Part shown: piece by piece, positions 50,952 to 62,369 of the stretch
Numbering within the stretch: position 1 is the first letter of the stretch
Layout: each line of letters opens with the position of its first letter
Source of the DNA: Tubulanus polymorphus
Taxonomy: Eukaryota > Animalia > Nemertea
Direction: 5' to 3'
NCBI RefSeq assembly: GCF_964204645.1
Contig: NC_134027.1
Coordinates: 13,238,485-13,302,484 of the forward strand
Length of the DNA: 64,000 bases
Translations under genes and position numbers: made by a program
Notes under the pieces: model-generated
Seen by the model: only the letters and a program-made list of their open reading frames with translations
Told to the model about the DNA's origin: nothing
Database searches by the model: none

Positions 50952-51166
50952 TATAAATTAGAAGATTTAAATGGTGAAGAAGTTGATGGGTATTTTTATG
51001 AAGAAGAATTGAGTTTAACTACTGAAAATCTAGAACAAGAATATAAAATTGAAAAGTATTAAAAACAAAAACTGTTAAAAGAAAAAAATATTCTTTAGTA
51101 AAATGGGTTGGATGGCCAGATAAATTCAATGAATGGATATTATCAAGTAAAATTAAAAATATATAA
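50952..51166 (+). pseudogene. C-terminus of Polinton retroviral-type integrase with chromodomain
   Basis: YKLEDLNGEEVDGYFYEEEL...EYKIEK/LKTK..KKYSLVKWVGWPDKFNEWI; one frameshift. Confidence 0.8.
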
Positions 51167-51366
51167 ATGAATAAGGAATTATTTATATTTGAAACTCATA
51201 ATATGTTAATTTCTGGCGTAACAAATTGTGGAAAAACTTATCTTATATTAAATTTATTAGAAACTGTTTATAAAAACTATTTTGATAATATAGTATTATT
51301 TTGAATAACCATAGAAGCGATAACATTAAAAACCTCATTTTCTAATGAGTAACTACAGTTTATTAA

Positions 51367-51403
51367 CACGAACGTTTTCGGGATCATATCCCCTCATCAG
51401 GTG
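51367..51403 (-). ncRNA. Minimal hammerhead ribozyme (inverted pLTR copy)
   Basis: Reverse complement of 53777-53813. Confidence 0.7.
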
Positions 51404-51534
51404 AAATACAAGTGAATCAAATGATTAAACTACAGGTTTATATACAACATAAGTTACAAAATTACAAGTGCTAAATTCTAAGCTAATTACAAACCAAGTA
51501 TTTAATTACAAACTAATTATTTGAATACATTTAG

Positions 51535-53663
51535 GTGAGAAATTTATGCGAGAAATTGACCTGGATTCAAACAATCATTTGGCTCACTAGACTTAACCAG
51601 AAAGGCAGGAAACTAACTTCGGAAACACAGCAACGTCATGAACGCAAGCTTTTAAACTTGTGGAAAGATCAGCGTCACCCAGCACCGGATTGCTTAATCA
51701 ATAGATCAAATTATCAACTATCCCTAGAAGAAACTGAGATACTACGTTACGGCTTAAAGCATCACATTCTTCCGAAAAATATCAACGAAATCGACCTTAA
51801 ATCACGTATTGAAAAAACTGTTTACCACAAAAATAGGACTATATCTGGCGGCGAACCGAATGTGAATAACTCTTTCCTTGAAAGTATTAGACATGCGACC
51901 ATCTCATTTATCAACAGCGCTAAATCAGTATGTGGCTCGACCTGGAACCGACGTTTCTACCGTACGATTGAAAAACTTCGAAAAAACAAGGACATTAAGA
52001 TCTGCTCATTTGACAAAGGCAACGGCATTGTTATTTTGGACTGTAACGAATATTTCGATAAATTAGATAAAATTGTATTTGATAAAAGTAAATTTACTGA
52101 AATCAAAAATGTGAGAAAGAATCACCCAGTCATATCTAATGAAACCAAAATCTGCGGATTTCTGAGAAAACATGTGAAACAGTATGTAAGTTCAGAAATA
52201 TTTGATTCTATCTACCCAAGCGGTAGCCAACCTGGTAAATTATATGGTTTGTGCAAAGTGCATAAAGATAACTTTCCATTTCGACCCGTTGTATCAATGA
52301 TCGACACTGCTGAATATAACCTGGCCAAATATCTCGATAAAATCATTAAACCACATATACCGTCTAAATTCATGTTAAATAGCACTTGGGAGTTCCTTAA
52401 AAAACTGAAACAATTCGTTTTAAACCTTCTGATATTCTAATAAGTTTTGATGTAGAGTCACTTTTCACTAATGTTCCATTGAAAGAAACCATTGATATAG
52501 TTTCCGATTATATATATGCTTCCGACTCTAAACCTACATATGATCAGGCTACATTCAAAGAATTACTTAAAATCGCAACTTCGGGTTTGTTTATGTACAA
52601 TGATCGTATTTTCAAGCAAGTTGATGGGGTCACCATGGGCAGCCCCTTAGGCCCAACCTTAGCGAACTTTTGTCTTGCCCATCTTGAAAACTTGCTCCTC
52701 TCCAAAACTAATTACAAACCGACATTATACCTGAGATACGTGGACGATATATTCGGCATATTTCGAAATGTATCCAGTTATAGACTATTTTTTGAAGAAT
52801 TGAATCGCCTCCATTCTAACCTTAAATTCACTTTTGAACTAGGTCCTAATCTATTACCTTTTCTCGATACCGAAATACAAATTCCGTTAGAAACCGGAAG
52901 TGACTTTATATCTCGAGTGTACAGGAAAGCTTCCAACACAGGCCTACTTTTGAACTTCAACGCCATGTGTCCGTATAAATGGAAAATAGGACTCATCAAT
53001 ACCATGCTTTTTCGTGCCTACAATATTTGCAGTGATTGGACCATCTTTTCAGAAGAAATCAATTTCTTGAAAAATCTGTTTAAATCTAATGCGTTTCCTA
53101 TTCATGTCATCGATCAATGTATTAATAGATTTTTGAAATCAAAACAGAACTCAGAACCTCAACCGAAACCTGTTGAAGATGGAATTGATCTATTCATTTC
53201 ATTACCGTATATTGGTAACCCGTCAATCCTATTTGCCCGAAAATTAAAATATCTATTTAAAAGGAATTTTGAAATCAACTTGAAATGTGCATTCACTACG
53301 ACCAAAATTAAGAATTTTTTCTCTTTGAAATGTGCTACCCCTAAATCGCTGAAGGCTAAAGTCATATATAAATTTAATTGTTTATGTGATATAAACACTT
53401 CCTATATTGGGAAAACTAAACGACATTTGGCCATCAGGATTAAGGAACACAGATCAAAGACTTCTGCGATTGGACAACATCTCGCAATTTGTCACACTTG
53501 TGATCAGGAATTCAGTAACAACAAATTCAAAATTCTAGACAAAGGTTCATCTGATCTCGACTGTAAAATTAGGGAGGCCCTGTTTATTAAAGCGCAACGA
53601 CCCTCTTTAAATCAACAATTATTTCAAAACGGCTCATCCTTTATTCTAAATGTATTCAAATAA
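51535..53663 (+). pseudogene. Penelope RT and GIY-YIG endonuclease (one frameshift near 52420)
   Basis: DKGNG, LYGLCKVHK, SFDVESLFTNVP, GVTMGSPLGP, YLRYVDD, VIY..SYIGKT.RHL..R..EH, EALFI. Confidence 0.92.
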
Positions 53664-53776
53664 TTAGTTTGTAATTAAATACTTGGTTTGTAATTAGCCT
53701 AGAATTTAGCACTTGTAATTTTGTAACTTATGTTGTATATAAACCTGTAGTTTAATCATTTGATTCACTTGTATTT

Positions 53777-53813
53777 CACCTGATGAGGGGATATGATCCC
53801 GAAAACGTTCGTG
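53777..53813 (+). ncRNA. Minimal hammerhead ribozyme
   Basis: cac CTGATGA g gggat-atg-atccc GAAA acgt TC gtg: conserved core, stem II, palindromic stem III aacgtt. Confidence 0.75.
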
Positions 53814-54386
53814 TTAATAAACTGTAGTTACTCATTAGAAAATGAGGTTTTTAATGTTATCGCTTCTATGGTTATTCGGATATTTGAACTCTCTTCCTAA
53901 GATAGTATTATTTTGTCCAACATATGAATTTAATCAAACTTATGATAGAAATATTACTAGAAATAATAAATTTATTATATTAGATCCTAAAACAGTAAAA
54001 GAAAATTTAGATAATTGTATAAAAATAGCAATTGATATTTATAAAAGATCAAATACATTATTCATTATAGATGATTGTGCAAATTTACATGATGCAAAAA
54101 TTAGAGAGAGTGAGTTATGTTATTTAGCTTTTTCTGGTAGACATTTTGGGATAACAACTTGGGTTTAAATCAAAAATATAATTCAATTGTTAAAGACTTT
54201 AGGGATAATATAAGATTTTTAGTATTATTCTACAATAAAGATAGGATATCGATGAAAAAGGCACTTGAGGAAAATGATATAATTCCACATGATTTACGCA
54301 ATGAATATATGGATAAATTGAAAAATAATAAAAGATCAGAATTACTACTTAGATTACAACACCCATTTAAATATGAATTTATTTAA

Positions 54387-54680
54387 ATTCAACTGGCTTG
54401 TTAATCTATTACATATTTAGTTACATTCTAGTTGAATTCTAGTTATTGGTATTTGAAACATAAATCAAATAAAATTCAACAATATTTTAACTAGCTTGTT
54501 AATCTAGTATATTTTTAGTTACATTCTAGTTGAATTCTAGTTATTGGTAGTTGGAACAAAAATCAACTAGATTTAGCAAGAAATAAATAAAAACAATAAT
54601 AATTCAACTAGCTTGTTAATCTAGTTTAATTCTAGTTGAATTCTAGTTAAATTCTAGTTGCAACATCACAACTAATTTTT
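54387..54680. repeat. Polinton intergenic repeats (caactag / ctagttg)
   Basis: Three ~100-bp units with ttcaactagc...ttctagttgaattctagtt. Confidence 0.7.
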
Positions 54681-54691
54681 TTGTTATATAA

Positions 54692-55296
54692 ATGGGAGGT
54701 GAAAAGAAAATAAATCTAAAAATGGTGATGTTCCAATTGAAAAAACTTTAGATGATTTAGGAATAACAGAAACAAAATTAACTCCAGATGATGGTGCTTT
54801 AAATAATGTTACAACAAATAATAATTATGAATATTATCTTTATTGTAAACATCAATTAGAAATATTAATAGCATCTGGAAAATGTAAAAATTTTATCGGT
54901 AAAAATTTAACTTATAATGAATTAGATACAATGAAATCAGATGAAATTATTAGATTATTTAAGATTTATGAAACCGCGAGAACAGCTAGAATTAATGACG
55001 CGATATCAGAAAATGTAGTAAAAGGTTATAGTAAATTATGTAATTATATACTACCAATTGAAGATGAAAATAGATTATATTCCGATTTAAAAAATGATTA
55101 TTTAGTTATGACAGAATTAAATAAATGGATTGGATATTTATCATTTCAATTAGGCGGATTTATGACATTATTATCAACTGGGGTTATAACATTTTCAAAT
55201 ATTGAAAGTAAAAATATTTCTATAATAAATGAACAAGGTGGAAGAAGTGAAGGAATTAACTGTGAAGAAAAAACCGAGAACTCAGAAACAAATTGA
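54692..55296 (+). CDS. Polinton hypothetical protein (upstream part frameshifted)
   Basis: Open frame extends upstream of the 121-aa ORF 54931-55296; hydrophobic segment near the C-terminus. Confidence 0.5.
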
Positions 55297-55540
55297 ATGG
55301 TCTCGGCAATTAGGAATTAAATCACAAGAATATGAAAAAGCTGTAAAAGAAAAAATAAGTAATAAAAATGGTGAAAATATTGTTATTTCTACTCCTTCTA
55401 ATAATAGAATATTTGATAAATATCTATATTTTACAGTTGGATTTGTAATTTTATTCATTTTGATTGGGTGTAAGTGGTATAAGAAATCAAATAAAATTCA
55501 TGATATTAATAATTCTGAAACAACTGCTATTAAAAATTAA
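55229..55540 (+). CDS. Polinton small membrane-anchored protein
   Basis: 103 aa; basic KKKPRTQKQIEW N-terminus and TM segment YLYFTVGFVILFILIGC. Confidence 0.5.
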   Translation: MNKVEEVKELTVKKKPRTQKQIEWSRQLGIKSQEYEKAVKEKISNKNGENIVISTPSNNRIFDKYLYFTVGFVILFILIGCKWYKKSNKIHDINNSETTAIKN

Positions 55541-55753
55541 AATACTTCTGAAATTCCAAAATTGACAATAAAAAAATGGATTAATATTTTAGAAAAAAGC
55601 AAAAAAAATAATTTTTTTAATTAATTGAATATCACCATGTGGGTGCCATACGGCACCATCTCACTACTTTTGTCTATCTATGCGGAGCAATTAAATTGTC
55701 CAGATAAGTCATTTCGGATTCTAGATATTCATTATTTTTATTAATTTATTTTT

Positions 55754-56080
55754 TTAATCAACAATTTCTAAATCATGATGGCCATCTTCATTTTTTCCAT
55801 GATAGATTATTTTAAATCCTTCTAAATCTTTTAATTCCTCTGTACTCAATGAAACCCATTTATCAGGTAAAAATACTTTAAATTCTCGCGATGTACTAAC
55901 ATTGCAGTAGCTTAAATTAGCTGATACTTTCTCTCCATATTTAGTTTTTATCTTTTTTAATTTCAATATTTTATGTTCAATTTCTTTTGTAACATCAACT
56001 AACTTTTTTATTTCAAATTGTTTTTTTGCTGGTTTTATTCTGTTATTTATTGTTGCTAAGAATGCTTTTCTATCTCCCAT
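55754..56080 (-). CDS. Polinton hypothetical protein
   Basis: 108-aa ATG-initiated ORF in very AT-rich DNA. Confidence 0.5.
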   Translation of the reverse strand: MGDRKAFLATINNRIKPAKKQFEIKKLVDVTKEIEHKILKLKKIKTKYGEKVSANLSYCNVSTSREFKVFLPDKWVSLSTEELKDLEGFKIIYHGKNEDGHHDLEIVD

Positions 56081-56411
56081 TCATAAGGAAAAAAAATTAC
56101 TTGTGGTGATGAGTGGGGATTACTTCCCCTTGTATATAACAAGCACGTATTAACCGTTCTCACCCAAGCCTCACAGCATCTATTTATCCGAGCACAGCTG
56201 ACACGCAATCACTGTACTACAGTAATAGCACACGCGTTAATAACCGTTCTCGGTAGCGACTCACTGTATCGATCTATCCACGCGCAGTTGTTGTTACGCG
56301 CACTCACTGTATACATGTATCACAACGCTGTTGACCGTTCTCGGCCTAGCTGTGATGAGTGGTGTCTCGTACTCTCGTACTCTGGCCTGAAAACGCCATC
56401 TCCTAATTACT

Positions 56412-56810
56412 ACAGTAAAAGAAAATTTAGATAATTGTATTAAAATAGCATTAGATATTTATAAAGGTTCAAATACATTATTCATTATAGATGATTGTGC
56501 TAATTTATATGATTCAAAAGTTAGAGAAAGTGAGTTATGTTATCTAGCTTTCTCTGGGAGACATTTTGGGATAACAACATGGGTTTTAAATCAAAAATAT
56601 AATTCAATTGTGAAAGATTTTAGAGAAAACATTACATTTTTAGTTTTATTCTACAATAGAAATAGAAAATCAATGCAACAATCATTGGAAAAAAATCAAA
56701 TTATATCTACTGAATTACATCATGAATATATGAATAAATCAAAAAGTAATAAAGGTTCAAAATTATTACTGAGACTACAATTTCCATATGAATATAAATT
56801 TATAAAATAA
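56412..56810 (+). pseudogene. Second, paralogous packaging ATPase 3' half
   Basis: TVKENLDNCIKIALDIYKGSNTLFIIDDCAN...SGRHFGITTWVLNQKY; diverged from 53992-54386. Confidence 0.85.
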
Positions 56811-57226
56811 AATCATAATTTGAAATCTTAAAGAATTTGAATGTGTATGAGTGGATGAGTGGATGAATTGGATGAGTGGATGAATTGGATGAGTGTGGAT
56901 GAGTGTAATAATATATAATTTACATATGTTTCTTATTTAAAAAAAACAGTAAGAGTTTGATTCTAAGTCATTTTATTAGTTTTATTAAATATTATTTTAA
57001 TTATTTTAATTAAGCTGTCACACACGCAGTTTTAAAAAGTTTTCAGCGTCTAAATTACCCTACAGCTATCTACGTTTTCCAACAAAGCGGTGTGAAGAAA
57101 ATGTAGCACCTAAGAACGAAGTCGGATAACTCGAATCAGAGCCGGTGAATTGAATTGAATTGATTACCAAACCGTTGATAATGGCGGCGGCTGTTCTCCC
57201 TGGATTTTGCTAAATTTCGCATTTAG

Positions 57227-58372
57227 GTCTGTCTGCAGAGTTTCCAGAACCTGTCATGTCAGGGCCCACGACCTGACATGACAGGTGGGACCTCAGGTGA
57301 CAGGTCGATTCGCTAAAATGAAAATCGTTATGACTGAACCGATGATATTCGATTAGAAGATATGATAGGCGCGGATTTAAAAAAACTTTACTTTTTATAA
57401 CCTTTATATAGTAATAAGTATAATATAAATTGCTAACCATAGATAGAGTTAATCTTAAGTTACCATAAAACAATAATTTTGAAGCGAGACCTCACACGGC
57501 AGCTCGCGCCATTTTGCAGAGCTTCTCGAGACCTGTGGTGACAGGTCTGCATTAAAACTGATGAAATGAAGGAAAACATTAATTTTTATGGTCTCTTTAT
57601 AGTAAAGAGTATAATATAATGGCGACAGGTCTGCATTAAAACTGATATAGATAGAAAAAAAACTTCATGCTTTAAATTGATGAGTTGATTTAAAATCAGT
57701 CTCAATAAAATCAGTCTCTATAGTGCATTCGGCTCTTTTACATGTACATCATAAAGACAATGAATGTAAATAGTGAGACTTCAGGGGCTGGTTCCTCAGT
57801 TGAGATTTAAGTCAAAAAATGGTCTCAAATTTTAAGACTGGTCTTAAGTTGTTAGATTGGTTATAGTACTAAGATGGTCTTAGATTGGTCTTAAGTCTAA
57901 GCCATGACTATGGAACTGGGCCCAGGACTTCAGGACAGTGAGGAGTGTTGCCGAGCTGTGATAGTGAGCAGATAATTTTCAGTGTCTTATTGCGGAAACG
58001 AAATATCAAGACCTCGATTCATCTAGCGAAAATATTCTCTTATAATGTGCTCTTACTTCTACATTAATCAATTCATCTATGCCTGAAACTTATTTTTTCC
58101 CTTTAATACAGAAATAAGTCATAGTTTACACATAAATATTTTCTTCTTATAAATCAACCTTTCAAATGAATTATTTGTCAGAACATTTTCCTTATCGTTA
58201 TTGTTGAATCATTTTCGATATTAACGACGGGTCAGAATATTCATTCAACTCAAAATGTTCTTCCATTCGTCTAGCACATGCCTAGATATTTCGCCGTTTC
58301 GTCAAATACTGTCATGAGTTTGGGTTTTTTCGGGACCTGACATGACAGGTTCTGGAAACTCTGCAGACAGAC
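57227..58372. mobile_element. Non-autonomous TIR element
   Basis: gtctgtctgcagagtttccagaacctgtcatgtcagg / cctgacatgacaggttctggaaactctgcagacagac. Confidence 0.8.
57784..57923. mobile_element. Small Harbinger-like MITE nested in the previous element
   Basis: ggggctggttcc ... ggaactgggccc with internal cttaag/agacc repeats; cag flanks. Confidence 0.45.
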
Positions 58373-58727
58373 ATCAATCAAATTTCGTTGGTAGGCCTGA
58401 TCGCAGGTTGGTTAGAAGTGTCTCTTCTTATTCATCTAATGTAAAAACGTCTTTCATCCGAACCGGTGCTCCGTGGTACCTTGAGAAAGCAATTATTCCC
58501 CATTTAGGGCCGAATTCGCCGAGGCCTTTTAAAATTTTTGGTTAGAGAAGAAGAATTATTATTATTATATTAATACTAAACTTATTAGTAATGTCTGTAT
58601 ATATTTATTATTTGCGCACACCTATACACTGTGTTTCATCAACCAGTTGATGTTGACAGATATCGGAAGAAGAAGAAGAAAAAGAGATTATCTTCATTCG
58701 ATTCAATCTAGTAAAGTAGCCTAGAGA

Positions 58728-59575
58728 ATAGTTAGTTACCTAATCGTTGGTGGTAAGCTTTTTATAATCGGATGGGCATATACCAACGTTAGGGATGACA
58801 AGGACCAAAACACGGTTGAAAAAAGTAACACTTCAAAAATATACTTTATATTCACTTCAGTCCAAAATTAATGGCTTAATTCACAATCTAACACAGGTAC
58901 CTTTCGAAATAATCCAATTTTATGTATGTTTCGAGTGGTTAATCAACATTATTTTGAGAAATTAATTAATTTCTCCAATTTCGCCATTGGCCGCCATTTC
59001 TCTGTATTGCACATGTGGCATGATAAGACAAGGGGACCTACAAGGATTTATATAAAACTTCCAAGACGAAACGACAATTTTTATTTTTGATGGTTTTCCA
59101 ACTTATATTTCAAATCGTCAGGTTTTCCATATTAAATTATGAAATAATAAATTCTGGTAAAAGAAAAATGTGAATAAGTGTTGATTTCTTAATTTTTTTC
59201 AATTTCGTCGTTTCGCTTCGTTAGTTTGTGCTGTTGTCCTGGCCTCAGTCCACAGGTGCCAGCACCTCCAGTAATTTTCAAAATGGCAGCTGTTGACCCG
59301 ACGGAAATTTACTCTCACTTTACGGCCGATTTGCACATGGATTAAGATCGTCAGGTGATGTGTTATAGGTATCAGACAAACTACGAATCTGTTGTGCGTC
59401 GATTACAACAAAAATTAGACGGATATCTTAAGAGGCAATGAAATGCCAGGCAAATTACTCGTCAGTCAAATTGGCTGACGAAGATTTCATACAAAAATGA
59501 CCTTCCCATTCCTGACTGTGGTTTGTGAAAATATCCGATTGTGAAACTAAACCACAGACAGGTTACTGACTACCT
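58728..59575 (-). repeat. Inverted paralog of 28191-28303, split by a ~720-bp insertion
   Basis: 58728-58788 and 59515-59575 match 28191-28303 in reverse complement. Confidence 0.65.
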
Positions 59576-59869
59576 AGAGAAGAGAGTGAGAGAGTGAGTA
59601 TCGGCTACCGAGTAGGCTAAGCCGCAATGTTGCTTGCTGCATCGGATCCCATTATTGTGACCTAAAGTTTGTAAAGACCTATTTGTTTTCGATTGGCAGT
59701 GATCTTATTGGGATATAGGCCTATCACTTAATTTTCTTGGTAGGCATAAGCATCGGAATACAGGCGAAATCAAGTCTATCTTAAATAGGCCTAGCCCTAG
59801 GCCTAGTTCTAAAATCATGTTTGTCGGCTGATCGTTCTTGTCTATTCATTAATCTGATTGGTGAATGAT

Positions 59870-60558
59870 TGTACTCGACGAAAAAGTCTACAATCCTGAT
59901 TGACGACCAATTCTACTCGTCGACAATGTTTACAACCCTGATTGTGAAAATCAACTGATGGATGTAGGTGACCCTCGATCCCAGCCACTTCATAGACCCT
60001 ATAAGGTTAATCCACACACACACACACGCAGAAATTGATTTACAGTCAGGATTGCAGACAGTGTCGACGAGAAGAATTGGTCGACAATCAGGATTGTAGA
60101 CATTGTCGACGAGTAGAATCGGCCAAAATTTAGGATTGTAGACATTGTCGAGAAGTAAAATCGGTTGATGATTAGAATCAGTTCAATAGGCCTATAGTTC
60201 AGGCGGATTAATTTCAAATATCAGTCTATCAGTCTGATGTGATTAGATTCTGCACATAGGCCTATCTACTATTACCTGTTCTGGAGTTGAGCTATTGGAC
60301 TAATTCTAATCGTCGACCGATTTTAATCCTAAATTTTGGCTGATTTTACTCATCGACAATGTCTACAATCCTGATTGTCAACCAATTCTACTCGTCAACA
60401 CTGTCTGCAATCATTTGATTAACAGTCAATCAGGATTGTTGACATTGTCGATGAGTAGAATCGGTCGACAATCAGATTGTAGACATTGTCGATGGTAGAA
60501 TCGGTCGAAAATTAGATTGTAGACATTGTCGAGGAGTAGAATCGGTAGAAAATCAGGA
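59870..60558. repeat. ~42-bp minisatellite blocks in alternating orientation
   Basis: caatcctgattgtcgaccaattctactcgtcgacaatgtcta and its reverse complement. Confidence 0.8.
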
Positions 60559-60649
60559 ACCGAACCACTCACTTCATAAAAGAAAACCCACCATGACAGA
60601 ACTAGGCTATATTGACCTATTCCGGAGTTGAACCGACACCATCTGCAGC

Positions 60650-61395
60650 CTAAAAACTGGCCCGATCATATTCAAGATGGGCGACTGGCAGCCATTGTTG
60701 TTTGCCGAAATCCGCAGTTTTCAGTAGTTTTTAAACCACTTGGACTTGAGGCTATCGCGTTCACCTAAAGTTTTCGTTTGTGCTTAGGCCTATGCGGGTC
60801 AGTAGTTGGACTCCAGCTATTTAAGAATTGGAAGAAGTTTCAATTGATCGTTTAGGAATTGAAATTCAACATGCATCTAGGCCTACCGTAGGTACATCTT
60901 CAGCCGAAAAAATTGGCACGGTCAGAAACAAGATGGCCAACTGGTGGCCATTTTGTTCACTGAAATCAGCACTTTTTAAACATTTTTGATGTTTTCAAGG
61001 CAAATGTTGCAATCGATTCATCGATTGTCTTAATCTTTCAGCGATAATTGTATCCCCCCAAGGCCCATCAGCATAAGGCAAATTGAGACGAGTGGATGTG
61101 TGGTGGTGGTCATTTGCCCAAAAAGGTCATTTTTGCTCTGAATGCTGAGACAGCAGCTTCCTAGTGGTTTTGCATTTTTTATTAGAATCTTTACCGTAAT
61201 GGATATTCTTTGAGAAGAGATCATATTAGAGCTTTTTTGCAATCAGTCAATTATCGTGCAATTGGCCACCATCTTAAGTGTCATCAGTCTTGAAAATGAC
61301 ATCTGTTGAATTTCGATCACAATTTTGTTTCTGCAATCAATTGTTAAATTGTAAGCTTGTGACATGTTCTGAGATTATGGTTTCAATTAAGCACA
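60650..61395 (-). repeat. Diverged inverted pearl/HINE-like copy
   Basis: caagatgg..gactggcagccattgttgtttgccgaaatc and ccccccaaggcccatcagcat match the 18-24 kb family in reverse complement. Confidence 0.65.
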
Positions 61396-62369
61396 GTATC
61401 TGCTCTCATGGCTCTGGCAGTTTGATAAGTAACTATGAGGAAGTCTCATTTGATTTCCTTCTGTATGAACAATGTTGTGCACCTCGGCCTATATTGGTAC
61501 ATGTAGGGCTATATGATGATTGACCATCATGAAGAGATCAAAAAGATCGGAAGGGAAAAGGTCTTGTCACCTCTCCCAAAACACAATTTCGACGTGAAAG
61601 TTGTCAGCCATGAAATAGGTAAGTCGTTACTGAGTCCTAGTTATACGCATTTTATACTAGTATAGAAATGACTCCTAGTATTTCCATAGTAGATTGGTAA
61701 TGTGGCTTATTTTGTTATCACAATCAATTACAAAATCGTAGATGGCCACTCACACCATAATTCTACCAATTTCGCTTCTAGATCTTCAGTCGAGTCATCT
61801 GCCGTGCTGAAACTTTGGTGAACGTTTCGAAATACTTGAATTTGAAAGTTTATGACTAATAACGAATGACGCTAACTAGCGGTCATAATTTGTACTATGT
61901 ATATGCGGCCTCTTATTGGCTGGAACCCTTGCGCTCAGTTCCGTCGCGTCGCAGATGAGCTTATGTCGGTTGTGATCGAAAGCAACTGTCCGCCTACCGT
62001 AGGCCTGAGTAGAACATGGGCAACTAGCCGGATATGGCTTGCGACGAGTCGGTAGGCGTCGGGTTGCCGTCACAAGCCGGCTTATGTCGAACCGATAGAG
62101 CAGCAACTGGCGGCCTCTCGTAGGCCGTTAGTTGCCGCTAATCGGCGATAAACCCAGTTGCGTCGGTAGGCGTCGCTTTGCTTGTCGACATAAGTCAGCC
62201 TTTATGAAATCACAATTGAATAGTGTAAATTATTAGCCTGGGATTGACTAGTCTATGAGCTGGGAGTGTATTTGGACAAATTTAACCCACAAAATGAATC
62301 ATCATTTGCCATTTTATGAAAAGTTGACAGGCTGGCCATAGTGCCCCTTGGGGCTCTTGGAATTGTGTA

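Larger units (their letters stand above)
51304..53901 (+). mobile_element. Penelope-like retroelement with inverted 5' pseudo-LTR
   Basis: RT plus GIY-YIG ORF; 232-bp inverted repeat 51303-51534 / 53646-53877; TSD atagtattattttg at 51290-51303 and 53902-53915. Confidence 0.93.
51167..54386 (+). pseudogene. A32-like (FtsK-HerA) DNA packaging ATPase, split by Penelope
   Basis: Walker A GVTNCGKT (51167-51303); resumes 53902 IVLFCPT...FIIDDC (Walker B)...SGRHFGITTWV/NQKY. Confidence 0.85.
47224..56413 (+). mobile_element. Deleted Polinton/Maverick-like endogenous DNA virus
   Basis: Very AT-rich, tightly packed ORFs: pPolB, integrase chromodomain tail, packaging ATPase; right end ...ctcctaattactac resembles an AGTAGT-type terminus. 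Confidence 0.85.

Noticed and set aside
53842-54168. Secreted protein with signal peptide MRFLMLSLLWLFG
   Set aside because: Chimeric frame: Penelope pLTR sequence fused to the ATPase 3' half
47224-56810. Bacterial/phage or giant-virus contamination
   Set aside because: Polymerase motifs are protein-primed Polinton type, gene set is Polinton-like, and eukaryotic transposons abut and insert into it
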